The notes: a model not told the origin generated them from the letters alone. Numbered from the stretch's first letter, positions 46,409 through 60,669 are shown. The stretch: DNA of 64,000 nt from Octopus vulgaris (GCA_951406725.2 OX597839.1:6386001-6450000); one strand, 5' to 3'. A program made the numbers and translations.

Positions 46409-46440
46409 AGAAAAAGAGAGAAAGGAGGGGGGGTAAGGCT
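45250..46440 (-). other. Probable long low-complexity 5' leader (GCT/GAT/GGC/GTT triplet mosaic, four ~105-bp block repeats at about 45490-45890)
   Basis: No minus-strand ATG seen between 45250 and 46449. Block repeats shift frame, so not coding. Contiguous with the coding exon. Confidence 0.4.
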
Positions 46441-46445
46441 GTTGC

Positions 46446-46457
46446 TGCGCATGCTCA
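46446..46457. promoter_or_regulatory. NRF1-like motif TGCGCATGCTCA (1 mismatch to TGCGCATGCGCA); candidate promoter
   Basis: Lies where the low-complexity leader ends, upstream of the first coding exon. Confidence 0.3.
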
Positions 46458-46562
46458 GTAGAGACGTGTATACTCATATAGCAATAGTCACAGCCACGGA
46501 TCATGAATAATTAATTAATGCTGGTGGAGGTGAAGTTGATGATAGTGATGTTGATAATGATA

Positions 46563-46597
<35 letters not shown>

Positions 46598-46857
46598 AGT
46601 ATTGGTGGTGATGGTAGCAGTGTCGAGGGTGAAGGTTGTGGTTTTGTGTTCAATCCTTTCTTTCTTCCGTTTCTTTCTTTTCCCCTTTTCCTTCCTTCTT
46701 CCTTCTTGTTCTCCCCTCGCCTGCTCTCAATCATTCTTTGTCTATTCCTTTATTTTTCTATCTTTCTGTATTGTAACCCTTTCTCTCTCTCTCTCTCTCT
46801 CTCAATTTCCATCATTCTTTCCGTCTTTAGATCTCTTTCCTCCGTTCATTTTATCCC

Positions 46858-46903
<46 letters not shown>

Positions 46904-47213
46904 GTCTCTCTCTAAGATTCTTCTTTTCTTTATTCCTCTCTCATTCTCTCTCTCTCTCTCTCTTCTTACTATAGATGCTTTTCCATTCTCTCTGTTCCCC
47001 AACAATCTTCCGTATTCTTCTTCCATATACTCTCTCTCACTCCCTCTCTTCCTGTGTGTGTGTGTTTAGCTTTTTAGCTAGTTCTTTCTCTCCCCCCCCC
47101 CCCTATTTCTCGCTTTCTCAATCTCCCGAAGCTGTTATATCCATCCTCTTTTTAATTCATTCTCTCTACAAACTCACAATGTATCTATCCACCCATCCAT
47201 CTACCAAGCACAA

Positions 47214-47245
<32 letters not shown>

Positions 47246-47320
47246 GTCTGCTGCCAGTCAATATATTTACCGTCGTCTGCTTACATCTTATCTATCTATC
47301 TATCTATATCTATATATCTA

Positions 47321-47392
<72 letters not shown>

Positions 47393-47434
47393 GTCTGCTG
47401 CCAGTCAATATATTTATCGTCGTCTGCTTACATC

Positions 47435-47577
<143 letters not shown>

Positions 47578-48081
47578 CATCCATATACATTCTTTCTTTC
47601 TCTTTCTCTTTCTCTCCAATTTTCGGATCCTTCTTATTCTTCGTTGACTCTTTCACTCTCTCTGTCTCATAGCTGGATATTTTTCCCTCGCTTTTTTTTT
47701 TCATTAACCTCGATCTTCCTTACATTTCTTTCGCATTTTCTCTTCACTATTCGCTCTCTCGAAAGCTCTCTCCCTTATAGACGCACACACACACGCACTT
47801 TCTCTCTCCCTCTCTCTCTCTCTCTCTTTCTCTCCTTGCTCATCTCCTATAATTTTAAAATCTTTATTTTCTGTCTCTCTTACTCTCTCTCTTATTCTCC
47901 CTTTCTCTCTTACTGTCTCTCTCCTAATCTCTCCCTTCCTCTCTTATTCTCTCAATCTTGCGCTCTCTCTCTCTCTCTCTCTCTCATACACACACGCACA
48001 CACACATAGATACATACGCACACTATAGGCTTATCCCATCTTTATTATTATTATTTATTATTATTTTGTCCCATGGCCTTC

Positions 48082-48128
<47 letters not shown>

Positions 48129-48864
48129 TCATACACACACATACACACACATATACACATGCATAACCTACACTCACACACACACACACATTCACATACA
48201 GACTAACCTGTATAGTCTTTATAACCTCTTTTTCTTCAACCCCTCCATCTCTCTCTCTCACTTCCCCCCTCACTCTATATAACAGTTTTCTCTTTCTTCA
48301 TTCTTATTTCTCTTCCTTTCTATCGTCCTCTCTCTCTCCCCCTTTCTCTCTCTTACACATACATACCCATACACACTGTGTGTGTGTGTGTGTGCATATA
48401 TTTCCCTTCTTGCATCCACTATTAGCTTACTCTCTTCCTCGATTCTCCCTTCTCTCCTCGCTCTCTTTGTCTCTCTCTCTCTCTTTCCTCTCCCTTCTCT
48501 CTGCCTGTCGTCTCTAATGCTCCCCCCTCTCTCTCTATCTCTCTCTCTCCATCCAACACTTTCATTCTCTTCTCTAATTGCTAACATCCTCTCCCTTCGT
48601 CGTCTTCTACTTTCTCAGCTCTTCCTTCTAGTCTCTACCCTCTTCCCACTCTCCCCCACTCGCTCTCCCTCTCCCTCCGACCTCTCTCATTTCTCTTCCT
48701 TCATTCTCCCACTGAACCGTCTCCTCCGACTACTTCTCCAGCTCCTAGCGAAACTACAACTCATTCTGCAACTTTCTCACTACCTGCTTTGAACTCTCTA
48801 CTACTCTCCCTTGATTCTCTCATTCCCTCACTTACCTTTTGCAAATCCTGTTTCCTCTCTCTCT

Positions 48865-49082
48865 CTCTCTCTCTCTGTCCCCTTCTCTATTTCTCTCTCT
48901 CTGTTCCCTTCTATATTTCTCTCTCTCTGTCCCTTTCTCTATTTCTCTCTCTCTGTCCCCTTCTCTATTTCTCTCTCTCTCTCTGTCCCCTTCTCTATTT
49001 CTCTCTCTCTGCCCCCTTCTCTATTTCTCTCTCTCTGTCCCCTTCTCTATTTCTCTCTCTCTGTCCCCTTCTCTATTTCTCT
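48865..49082. repeat. Pyrimidine minisatellite (CT)nGTCCCCTTCTCTATTT, about 8 copies
   Basis: Direct inspection. Confidence 0.9.
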
Positions 49083-49775
49083 ATCAATCTCCCTAATTCA
49101 ACTCACCACCTCTTCACAACATCCTTTCTCTCTCTTCCTTTCACTCTCTAATTAACACACTATCACCACATCCCAAACCCTTTCTTCTCCCTCTCCCTCT
49201 CCCTCTCTAATTAACTTACCCTCTTTGATTCAACTCTCTCTTCTTCTCTAACTAATTAGCTATCTCTTTTCAAGTTTTACACCCATCCGTCTCTCCAATC
49301 TTTTTTTTCTTCCCATTCTCTCCCTCTCTAATTAACTTACCATCTTTATCAAAGTCTTTCCTCCTCTCTAACTAATTAACTCACTATCTCTTTTTTTTGG
49401 GGGGGGGGGTCTCTCTCTCCCTTCCTTCCCTCTCTCATTGTCTCTCTCTTTCTCTCCTAGCCTATCTTTCTATTTATCTATTCACTCTCCTATCCTCCCC
49501 CCCCCTTTTAATAACTCGTCAAAAATACCCCCACATTAACTTCCTAGTTCTACCGCTGCACCATTTACGACAGATACTGCCACTCACACACAATCTCATT
49601 CAGTGACTTCCTCTTCCTCATTTTATTGTTTATTTTATTTATATTTCTCATCATTTTATTCATTTTGTTTATTCTTCTTCTAGTTGTTATATATAGTTTC
49701 TTTCATCTCATACCATATACTTAAGCACACACACACATATATTCGAATACAACTGTCTCTATATCTCTCTGTCTG

Positions 49776-49857
<82 letters not shown>

Positions 49858-49971
49858 CATCTATCTATCTATCCATCCATCCATCCATCCATCCATCCAT
49901 CCATCTATCTATCTATCTATCTAAGATGTATGTGTATGGGTGTATATATATATATGCATGTATGTATAGAT

Positions 49972-50002
<31 letters not shown>

Positions 50003-50540
50003 CACACTCACAAATGCAGACACAAATAGATATATATATATATATGTACACATATGTATGGGTGTATATATATACATGTATGTATGTATAGATATATATA
50101 TACACACACACATATATATACACACTCACAAACGCACACACAAATAGATATATATATGTACACATATGTATGGGTGTATATATGTATGGGTGTATATATG
50201 AATGTATGTATGTATGGGTGTATATATATATAAATATATATATATGTATGTATGTATTAGTAAATATATATGTATACTTGTATATAAACATGCATAAACA
50301 TGTGTGTGTGTATGTGCTTTAATTCTTGAGGAAGAATGTTGTTGACAGTGACGTCGAAGTTTCGGCCATCATCGGAATTAACTGACCGAAACTTCGAAGT
50401 CGCTATAAAAAGCCTTTCGTGTTAAGGGATAAACTTGTACTCTGCAAAAAGAACAGAGTAACCCATTAGATTAATGTAAAGTTATTCAGTAATGATTAAA
50501 CATAAAAACAAACAATATTGCATTTATGTATGTATGTATG

Positions 50541-50958
50541 GGATCTTTTCGGTTTGAACGGCAGTTTTTTAAAATAATTTCCATGTAACTAAACACTTTT
50601 AAACTTCATATACTGGTAGAATGTGTTTATAAAACATCTTTTTCTCTTGGCTTTATTGAGAAAATTCTATAGTTTGTAAGATATTTGTTGGTTTTTTTCT
50701 TCAATTTCTGCAATTTCAACCAATCAATGACGTCCATTGAGGTAAAAAAAACATTCTGTGCCGTATGAATATGTTCCTCGTTTAAGAAACAGATTGGGTT
50801 TATTTACATTTGTGAAGAAAAAAAAAACATACCCTTCCCGCCAACCCTAACCCTAAAACAGATTGAAATGCAATAGATCGATACTAGGGTCATAATTAAG
50901 GGTGACAATTTCATATGACACCGCTAGAAAAAAACTGCCGTTCAAATCGAAAAGATCC
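50541..50958. mobile_element. 418-bp MITE with 30-bp TIRs, inserted in (GTAT)n
   Basis: TIR GGATCTTTTCG(G/A)TTTGAACGGCAGTTTTTT (29/30); GTATG on both flanks; internal CCCTAACCCTAA. Confidence 0.85.
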
Positions 50959-51233
50959 GTATGTATGAATGTATGTATGTATGTATGTATGTATGTATGT
51001 ATGTATGTATGTCAACACACTGATGTATGCAAATACCTGTACACATACACACGTGTATATCACTGGAATCTATACTTTTTTTTAGGTACATGTCTGACTG
51101 CTCTTACCTTTTGAACGATCCGAAAAATTTGAAATTCACAGACAAGTCCCGTTTAGATGCAACTTCTAAAAGCGTACACGTGTGTGAATTTTGTTTGTTT
51201 GTGTGGTGTGTGCGTTTGTGTGTGTGTGTGTGT

Positions 51234-51269
<36 letters not shown>

Positions 51270-51476
51270 CTCCACTGTCGTTATACTGCATCGGTCCGAA
51301 AATTCCCAGCCAGGGACGAAACCACTGGCCACTAAGAGATACTGGACGTTCCATTTCATATATATCTTACACACACAGACACACACACACAGATGCAGGC
51401 ACACAGACACATACACACACAGAAACATGCATACATGCGCACACGCACATTTTTATACGCAGATATGAGTTTGTTT

Positions 51477-51548
<72 letters not shown>

Positions 51549-51586
51549 GATAGATAGATATAGATATAAATATGTATACATATACA

Positions 51587-51632
<46 letters not shown>

Positions 51633-51885
51633 TATATATATTTGTGAGTGTGTATATATATATGTGTGTGTATATATATCTATATGTGTGTGTGTGTGGA
51701 ACAGAAAGAGAGACCGCAGAACTTCGAAGTCACAGTGACATTCTATAAACTGTGTCTTTATAAGCATGTATGCATATAGGCGTATGCACCTACATATATT
51801 CAAACGCATGCATGCATGTGTTTATACTTGTATGTATTTGTGTACACACACAAACACACACACACACACATACATATACACACAC

Positions 51886-53370
<1,485 letters not shown>

Positions 53371-53811
53371 CATACAAGTAGTAACGTTATAAAATAAAAA
53401 ATAAATGTGGTCATATTTTTTTCTATGGGTATATTCCAGATTTCTTCTTTTCGTTTATTGATTTGACAAGGGACTTCGCACATAGCTCCAACTAAACAGT
53501 AATTAGTTGTGGAGAATTTTCAGTTAAACAAATAACTCAAGTTGCGCTTCTTGACGTCCAGTGAAGACGCGAATTCCAGTGATTAGGGTCTGAGATTACG
53601 AAAGCTTTGGTCAAGGTTCCCATACCTGATTCGAGTTCCATGTTGTTTCGCTGATAAAGCACTTCATGTTGTTCCAGTCCAAACCAGGTGATAACGAGTA
53701 TCGGAGACATGTTGAAGGTTAATGCTAGGACGGCCCATGGTTTCTCGTTCGCTCTGAGAAGTCTTGAACTTCGGAATGTTTAAGATCATTTCCGACATTA
53801 TGAGCCAGTTG

Positions 53812-53878
<67 letters not shown>

Positions 53879-53879
53879 C

Positions 53880-53913
<34 letters not shown>

Positions 53914-53914
53914 G

Positions 53915-54070
53915 GGGGGAAGTTTACGAAAATAAACAAAAGACGAAGGCAGGTGGAGTACAAACAAAGAAATGTATTAGTATAGCGCTCAGGAATAGAA
54001 AAAGTCTTTTACGTTTCGAGCCTACGCTCATCGACAGAAAGATACACAGAAAAAAAACAAGGAGAGAAAT
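53915..54070. mobile_element. Short microsatellite-anchored repeat carrying a hammerhead-like motif (PLE-derived, inferred)
   Basis: Near-identical to 56638-56790. Fragments at about 35295-35325 and a diverged copy at about 30125-30210. Confidence 0.55.
54005..54042 (-). ncRNA. Minimal hammerhead-like motif, CUGUCGA core (A6->U)
   Basis: Minus: TCTTT-CTGTCGA-T-GAGC-gtag-GCTC-GAA-ACGT-A-AAAGA. Stem I 5 bp, stem II 4 bp, palindromic ACGT stem III, GUA site. Confidence 0.5.
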
Positions 54071-54348
54071 ATATATGTATGTATGTATGTATGTATATAT
54101 GTATGTATGTATGTATGTGTGTGTATGTACGTAAGTATATATATGTGTGTATGCATTTGTATGTTAGGGTGTATCGATGTATGTATACATATATATGTAT
54201 ACACGAGTATATACACATATATATGTCTATATATGTTTATATATATATATGCATACATATGTATATATATATATATTATATGTATATACATATACGTGGG
54301 TATATATATATGTATATAGACGTATGTATACATATGTGTAGCTATCTA

Positions 54349-54391
<43 letters not shown>

Positions 54392-54562
54392 TCACGTTGC
54401 ATATCTATCTATCTATCTATATACATATATATACATATACTCACGTTTACACAATCAAACACGTATATATGTAAGTCTTCCCCTCTCTCTCTTCCTCTCT
54501 CCCTCCCTCCCTCCCTCCCTCTCCCTCTCCCTCTCTCTCAGACACACATACATACATAGCCA

Positions 54563-54607
<45 letters not shown>

Positions 54608-55342
54608 CATGAACCCTTGAACTCATTGTATTTAACATCACATTTTATTCATTTAAATAATGAAGTAAATAAATAAATACATCCACACACACACACACAC
54701 ACTCACACACACACACACTCACACACACACACACACATACACACACAGCACTATATATGTATATATACATACATACATACCTGCATACATACCCATATAC
54801 AAACAAACAAAAATCAATATAACAGCCCCTACATTCAACTTGCCCCTGTTCCCTACCTTATACCCCCCTCCTTCGATCCTTCCCTAACCCCTTATCTCTA
54901 CCCGCTAGTCGTTTGTATTTCTTGACTTCAACCTCTTCCTATCACCCACATTCAATTGTCTCCCTATATAATCGATGCTAGCAACTACTGCAACGAAAAT
55001 CTGCCTTAAGTCATCAGCATATCTCTCGTATCGAACCTGCATATTACAGATGTTACAGCACACTGCATCCCACCTACACCGCACCACTGAACATCACACT
55101 GTGTTTGTACATGAACCCCGGTCCCACGAGGAGGCCGTCATGTGGTACATTGAAATGGCTCGAAGTAGCAGCCAAATCTGCTAGAAATCATTTAAGCACC
55201 GTCTTAGAAAAGACACCTGGAAAAAAGCGTTCTTTGGTTTCTTGTATACAGGAATACGCAGGATCGTCACGGTTGGGGTGGCTTTCATTGTACGTTATTC
55301 GATTTAGGTGGATCTGTTTTTTTTTTTGTTTGCTTGTTTGTT

Positions 55343-55638
55343 CCTTCTCGAGCCATGCCTGGCTCATAAGGGCCGGTTTCACGGTTTCCTTGGCGTATAG
55401 GTTCCCCACCTGGACGGGACACCGGTCCGTCGCAGGTGAGCTGCAAGATGCAGGAGGAAAGAGTGAAAGAAAGTTGTGGCGAAAGAGTCAGTAGAAGTTA
55501 CGCCATTACCTTTTGCCGGAGCCATGTGGAGCTTAGGTGTTTCGCTCATAAACACATACATCGCCTGGTCTGAGATTCGAACCCGCGATCCCTCGACCGC
55601 GAGTCCGCTGCTCTAACCACTAGACCATGTGCCTCCAC
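55343..55638 (-). mobile_element. SINE family C relative with a different, V-domain-like 3' part
   Basis: Same head; then CCTGCGACGGACCGGTGTCCCGTCCAGG...GAAACCG and an (AAAC)-rich tail. Confidence 0.8.
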
Positions 55639-55803
55639 CTAAGTGGATCTAGGGTTAAACAAATACAATAGCAGCGTGCTATATTAAATAAGGTGGAGGT
55701 GCGTGGCTTAGTGGTTAGGGTGTCAGCATCATGATCGTAAGATTGTGGTTTCGATTGTGGTTTATTAAATTAATATCTAATTTTTCACCCTCATTTTTGA
55801 ATT

Positions 55804-55851
<48 letters not shown>

Positions 55852-55979
55852 TCTCTATTGGCAAGAAATCTTGAAATAAACTGAATAATGACATACATAC
55901 ATACATACACGCTACAAAAACAAAAACAAGCTAACAGACAAACAAACATGCTGATTGCTATTTCTTTCCAGAAGAGCGC

Positions 55980-56595
55980 GATCTTTTCATTGACTATGCA
56001 CCACCATGTGCTTACAGGCGATTTTTCAGCCCAGCTTTTATCCTACATGAACGTTCCCGAACGTGACATTAATATCTCCTTTTAGTACGCGGTGCGCGTG
56101 GTGGTAAAGCCAACTCAAAAGAGGTTCAATCTCTCCTTGGCCCGTGTATGTTTAGTTGGCTGACAAACCCAGTTCTTGAGAGAACTCGTCCACGCACATT
56201 GCACTCCATTTCCAACCTTGTCATGAGGTTCAAGGAAATGAGAGAGAAAAAGATGGTAGAGCACTGAAGATACTTTCGTCTTAAAAGACAGAAAATACAG
56301 AGAGTTGGCTAAAATCAGTGATAACAATGTATGGAAGATATTACGAATTCCTCTAGGGATAGGACTTAAAGGATTTGTTGGAACGACGGTTCAACTCAGT
56401 GTTGAGGAGTCTAGAATTAGCTGCGAAGGAGAAAACAGATGTTACCAGAAAATCGTCAGACGCCGTTGAGAGGGCAAGCCATTACATCTGGCTCAGGAGA
56501 GAAAACGTGTGACGTAGAAAGATTGAGCACTAAAGGCGACAGAAACATCTGGCCAAGTGTCCCGACATCTGACTCAATAGAGCTCGTGGCGTTGT
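55980..56595 (+). pseudogene. 3' fragment of an RLE-type non-LTR retrotransposon ORF (HERO-like), frameshifted, plus 3' UTR
   Basis: Frames give SNLVMRFKEMREKKMVE / EDTFVLKDRKYRELAKISDNNVWKILRIPLGIGLKGFVGTTVQ / VLRSLELAAKEKTDVTRKSSDAVERASHYIWLRRENV* (stop 56510-56512). These resemble the PD..E / K..KY / GxxGF / ERAS.WIWL.R C-terminus of HERO-clade elements as I recall it. Confidence 0.7.
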
Positions 56596-56598
56596 ACA

Positions 56599-56637
<39 letters not shown>

Positions 56638-56640
<3 letters not shown>

Positions 56641-56830
56641 AGAGTTTACGAAAAAAACAAAAGACGAAGACAGGTGGTGTACAAAACAAACAGATGTATT
56701 AGTATAACGCTCAGGAATAGAAAAAGTCTTTTATGTTTCGAGCCTACGCTCTTCTACAGAAAGGGACACAGAAAAAAACAAGGAGAGAAAGAAATGTGTG
56801 TCGTGGCTAACGATCTATCATGACGTCTGG
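56638..56830. mobile_element. Short (TA)n-anchored repeat carrying a hammerhead-like motif (PLE-derived, inferred)
   Basis: Flanked by (TA)n on both sides; starts (TA)n-GGGAGAG; homologous to 53915-54070. Confidence 0.55.
56727..56764 (-). ncRNA. Second copy of the CUGUNGA hammerhead-like motif
   Basis: Minus: CCTTT-CTGTAGA-A-GAGC-gtag-GCTC-GAA-ACAT-A-AAAGA. Confidence 0.45.
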
Positions 56831-56880
<50 letters not shown>

Positions 56881-57118
56881 AATTTAAACTACCTTGTGGT
56901 TATATGGGATGAGAGAATCACACTTTAAATGAAGCAGTGTTCACTACCTAAAAATATAGTGTGATATTTATTTTCAGTTGGAAAAGGGGTGACAGGGACA
57001 CGCCCAAACACACACACAAACACTAACACGTAAACAGACACACACATGCAAACACAGATACACGTACATTCACGTTCACACACACACGCACATATAATAT
57101 ACCGTACCCCATCACACC

Positions 57119-57218
57119 NNNNNNNNNNNNNNNNNNNNNNNNNNNNNNNNNNNNNNNNNNNNNNNNNNNNNNNNNNNNNNNNNNNNNNNNNNNNNNNNNN
57201 NNNNNNNNNNNNNNNNNN
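57119..57218. other. Assembly gap (100 N) adjacent to (GAT)n tract 57219-57600
   Basis: Run of N; true distance unknown. Confidence 1.
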
Positions 57219-57324
57219 GATGATGATGCCGATGATAATGATGATGATGATGATGACGTTGAAAGATGGCGACGATCTGTATGATGAGATAGATGACTGG
57301 GGGATGATGATGACGTTAAGAATT

Positions 57325-57360
<36 letters not shown>

Positions 57361-57471
57361 AAAATGATGATGGTGATGCTGCTGCCGAAGATGATGATGA
57401 TGATGCCGATGATAATGATGATGATGCCGATGATAATGATGATGATGATGATGATAATGATGCCGATGATA

Positions 57472-57519
<48 letters not shown>

Positions 57520-58094
57520 CCGATGATAATGATGATGATGATGATGATGATGATGATGCCGATGATAATGATGATGATGATGACGACGATGATGACACCA
57601 GTAATAATGCCACTGATTTCCAAGTGTCACACAGTTTATCTTACGTGACTCTTTTACTCAATACATATTATTTTAGCTTATTCAACGTCTCGATGATGTC
57701 CTTGACAAAATAAACCCAAACTCCCAACCCCAGCAAACAAACAAACAAACGAAAAACCAAAAAAAAATGTTATTTCAAGCCCCCACCCCCCACCCCCACC
57801 CCCCAATCCTCCACTAAAAGCGAGCAAACTTATAAACGTCAGCCTCGGCAAATAACAATCAGTAGGAGCCTATCTCTAAATCGGTCGACTCGCTAGAAAG
57901 AGCAGAATCTTCACCTTCATATGAGGTCCAAAATTGTTTAATGCGTCAGTTTTCTAACATTTTGGTTTGTAGCGTATTGGAGATTCAGAAAATATAGAAT
58001 TCCTCGCGTATTTCTAATGAAAAGTAAGGGATTTATTCATGGACTTTGCATGAAAACTACATAGTAATTACAGTAATGATGATGATAATTCTTA

Positions 58095-58314
58095 GGCGGC
58101 GAGCTGGCAGAAATGTTAGCACGCCGGGCGAAATGCTTTGCAGTATTTCGTCTGCCGTTACGTTCTGAGTTCAAATTCCGCCGAGGTCGACTTTGCCTTT
58201 CATCCATTCGGGGTCGATTAAATAAGTACCAGTTACGCACTGGGGTCGATGTAATCGACTTAATCCATTTGTTTGTCCCCTCTGTGTATAGCCCCTTGTG
58301 GGCAGTAAAGAAAT
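58095..58314 (+). mobile_element. SINE family B, full length
   Basis: Flanked by GATGAT(G/A)ATAATTCTT duplication. Confidence 0.92.
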
Positions 58315-58347
58315 GGATGATAATAATTCTTTCTGTTATAGGCACAA

Positions 58348-58955
58348 GGTTGACATCTGTAGTGGATGGTCTGCCTGATCGCTCTTTAACAATAAGGCTA
58401 CAATCTCCAGCTCGGAACCTTGCGAACCACTTCCGTACAGTTCTTTCGGATAAAGAAACATCACCGTAAACTGCGCATATTTCTTTGGTTGCCTGTGAAG
58501 CATTTTTTCCCTTTACGGAAAAAGAAAGAGCCGAAAATGAACTTTCTTATCTTCCATTTTAAAGGGTTACAGAATTAACACAGGTTAGAGGAACATAAAC
58601 CGGGCGAAATGCGTAGCCGTATTTCGTCTGCCGTTACGTTGTGAGTTCAAATTCCGCCGAGGTCGACTTTGCCTTTAGTCCTTTCGGGGTCGATAAATTA
58701 AGTACCAGTTACGGACTGGGATCGATGTAATCGACTTAATACCTATGTCTGTCCTTGTTTGTCCCCTCTGTGTTTAGCCCCTTGTGGGTAGTAAAGAAAT
58801 ATATAGGAACATAAACCTTCTTCCACGAAAAGATAGCTTAAACTGTGCTCTAAATGGAGGCGTTGTCAAATCCTATTTTATGGACTGAACCATGTTCTAA
58901 AATAAGTCGAAAGGTAAGATACTATAAATCGGCACAAACTTTCCGGACAACCCAA
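58348..58955 (-). mobile_element. Mariner (Tc1/mariner) 5' fragment: TIR, leader and transposase N-terminus (pseudogene)
   Basis: TA + TTGGGTTGTCCGGAAAGTT TIR at the right end. ATG at 58557 gives MEDKKVHFR, then after frameshifts KNASQATKEICAVYGDVSLSERTVRKWFARFRAGDCSLIVKERSGRP (mariner HTH with the WF..F and RSGRP motifs). Confidence 0.9.
58601..58804 (+). mobile_element. SINE family B, 5'-truncated, inserted in mariner 5' region
   Basis: TSD AGGAACATAAAC at 58589-58600 and 58805-58816. Confidence 0.92.
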
Positions 58956-59184
58956 TAAAATAACAAACTGAGAATACTATGCACCTCAACTGAAAAACTG
59001 CAGGCCCCATGCCAAAATTTATATCCACTATTGTCGTCGGGACAGAAATTAAATAAAACGAAAATCGATAATGTAGTAACTATCGATGTAGACATTGCTG
59101 CATCAGTTCAGTTGACATTCAATGTCTCAAGTCACTGCAAGAATAAAAGACTATTGTGTAGCGATGAGCGTTCGTAAATTCAGT

Positions 59185-59898
59185 GATTGCACAATACCAT
59201 ACTTTTTGACTTTAGCGTTCCTTAAAAAAAAAAAGCAGAAAATCATTAACAGAATGTTTTTTTAATACATTCATCATTTGATGTTTTCTAAACATGGGAA
59301 ATGGAGCCAACTGCTGCTATCATGCTATTACAAACACAAGCACACATACACAAAACACGCTTAGACTGCACAATACCATACTCTTTGACTTTAGCGTTCC
59401 TTAAAAAAAATCCTTAATAGAATGTGAGTGTGTTTTTTTAATACATTCATCATTTGATGTTTTCTAAACATGGGAAATGGAGCCAACTGCTGCTGTCATG
59501 TTATTACAAACGCAAGCACACATACCCAAAACACGCTTAGATTGCACAATACCATACTCTTTGACTTTAGCGTTCCTTAAAAAAAAAAAATCATTAATAG
59601 TATATGTGAGTGTGTTTTTTTAATACATTCATCATTTCATGTTTTCTAAACATGGGAAATGGAGCCAACTGCTGCTATCATGCTATTTCAAACACAAGCA
59701 CACATACCCAAAACACGCTTAGATTGCACAATACCATACTCTTTGACTTTAGCGTTCCTTAAAAAAAATCCTTAATAGAATATGAGTGTGTTTTTTTAAT
59801 ACATTCATCATTTCATGTTTTCTAAACATGGGAAATGGAGCCAACTGCTGCTATCATGTTATTACAAACACAAGCACACATACGCAAAACACGCTTAG
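59185..59898. repeat. About 178-bp tandem repeat x4
   Basis: Units start at 59185, 59364, 59540, 59722 (GA(T/C)TGCACAATACCATAC). Confidence 0.95.
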
Positions 59899-60611
59899 CT
59901 ATTTAAGCAACAACAAGCATAACAACAACATCAATATTAACAACGTCTTCAACAGCAGAAAGAAAAACAACTGCAATAAAAACAACTACAATTTCAGCAT
60001 TAAATCTTGTTTATTAGAAGAATTTCAACTGCTTTGGTAGTATTATCACTAATCTAAATAAGATGTTCAACTCGGATTTATTTATTCTTCACTGCTGTCT
60101 TTCTCTCACTCCGCATGTGTATATATGTGTATATATATATATTTGTAGTTCTGAATATCCAGATACCCACGCACAAATGTATGTGTGTGAGTGTTTGTGT
60201 AAATATATATATATCTGTGTGTGCGCATGTCTGTGAGTAAGCATGTAAATCTGTCTTAAAACTGATAAACTGGTATCGATTAAATCTTCTAATACGATAA
60301 TCTGATTAAGATACATTGAATGGAAAACCTCTCCACCATCACCACCACCACCCACTCTACTTCACTCTGATTTTTTTTCTTTTCTTTTTTACTTTTTATT
60401 TCGTTTTATTAGTTTTTTTTTATTACTGCAAGTGATACATTTCAAAGAATGGTGGAGAAAAATACAGAATACATACATACAAACATACATATATACATAT
60501 ATATATATACATACATATATACATACATATATACATACATATATACATACATACATGCATACATATATACATACTTACATACATACATATATACATACAT
60601 ATATACATACT

Positions 60612-60669
<58 letters not shown>

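Noticed and set aside
50845-50858. Telomeric repeat
   Set aside because: Only two units, internal to a MITE.
56630-56645. TATAGGGAGA resembling the end of a T7 promoter (also minus strand at about 63040-63052)
   Set aside because: Preceded by (TA)n rather than TAATACGACTCAC; it is a repeat terminus, not vector.
57779-57806. G-quadruplex-capable runs (also about 25494-25548)
   Set aside because: Common in this low-complexity background; no functional context.
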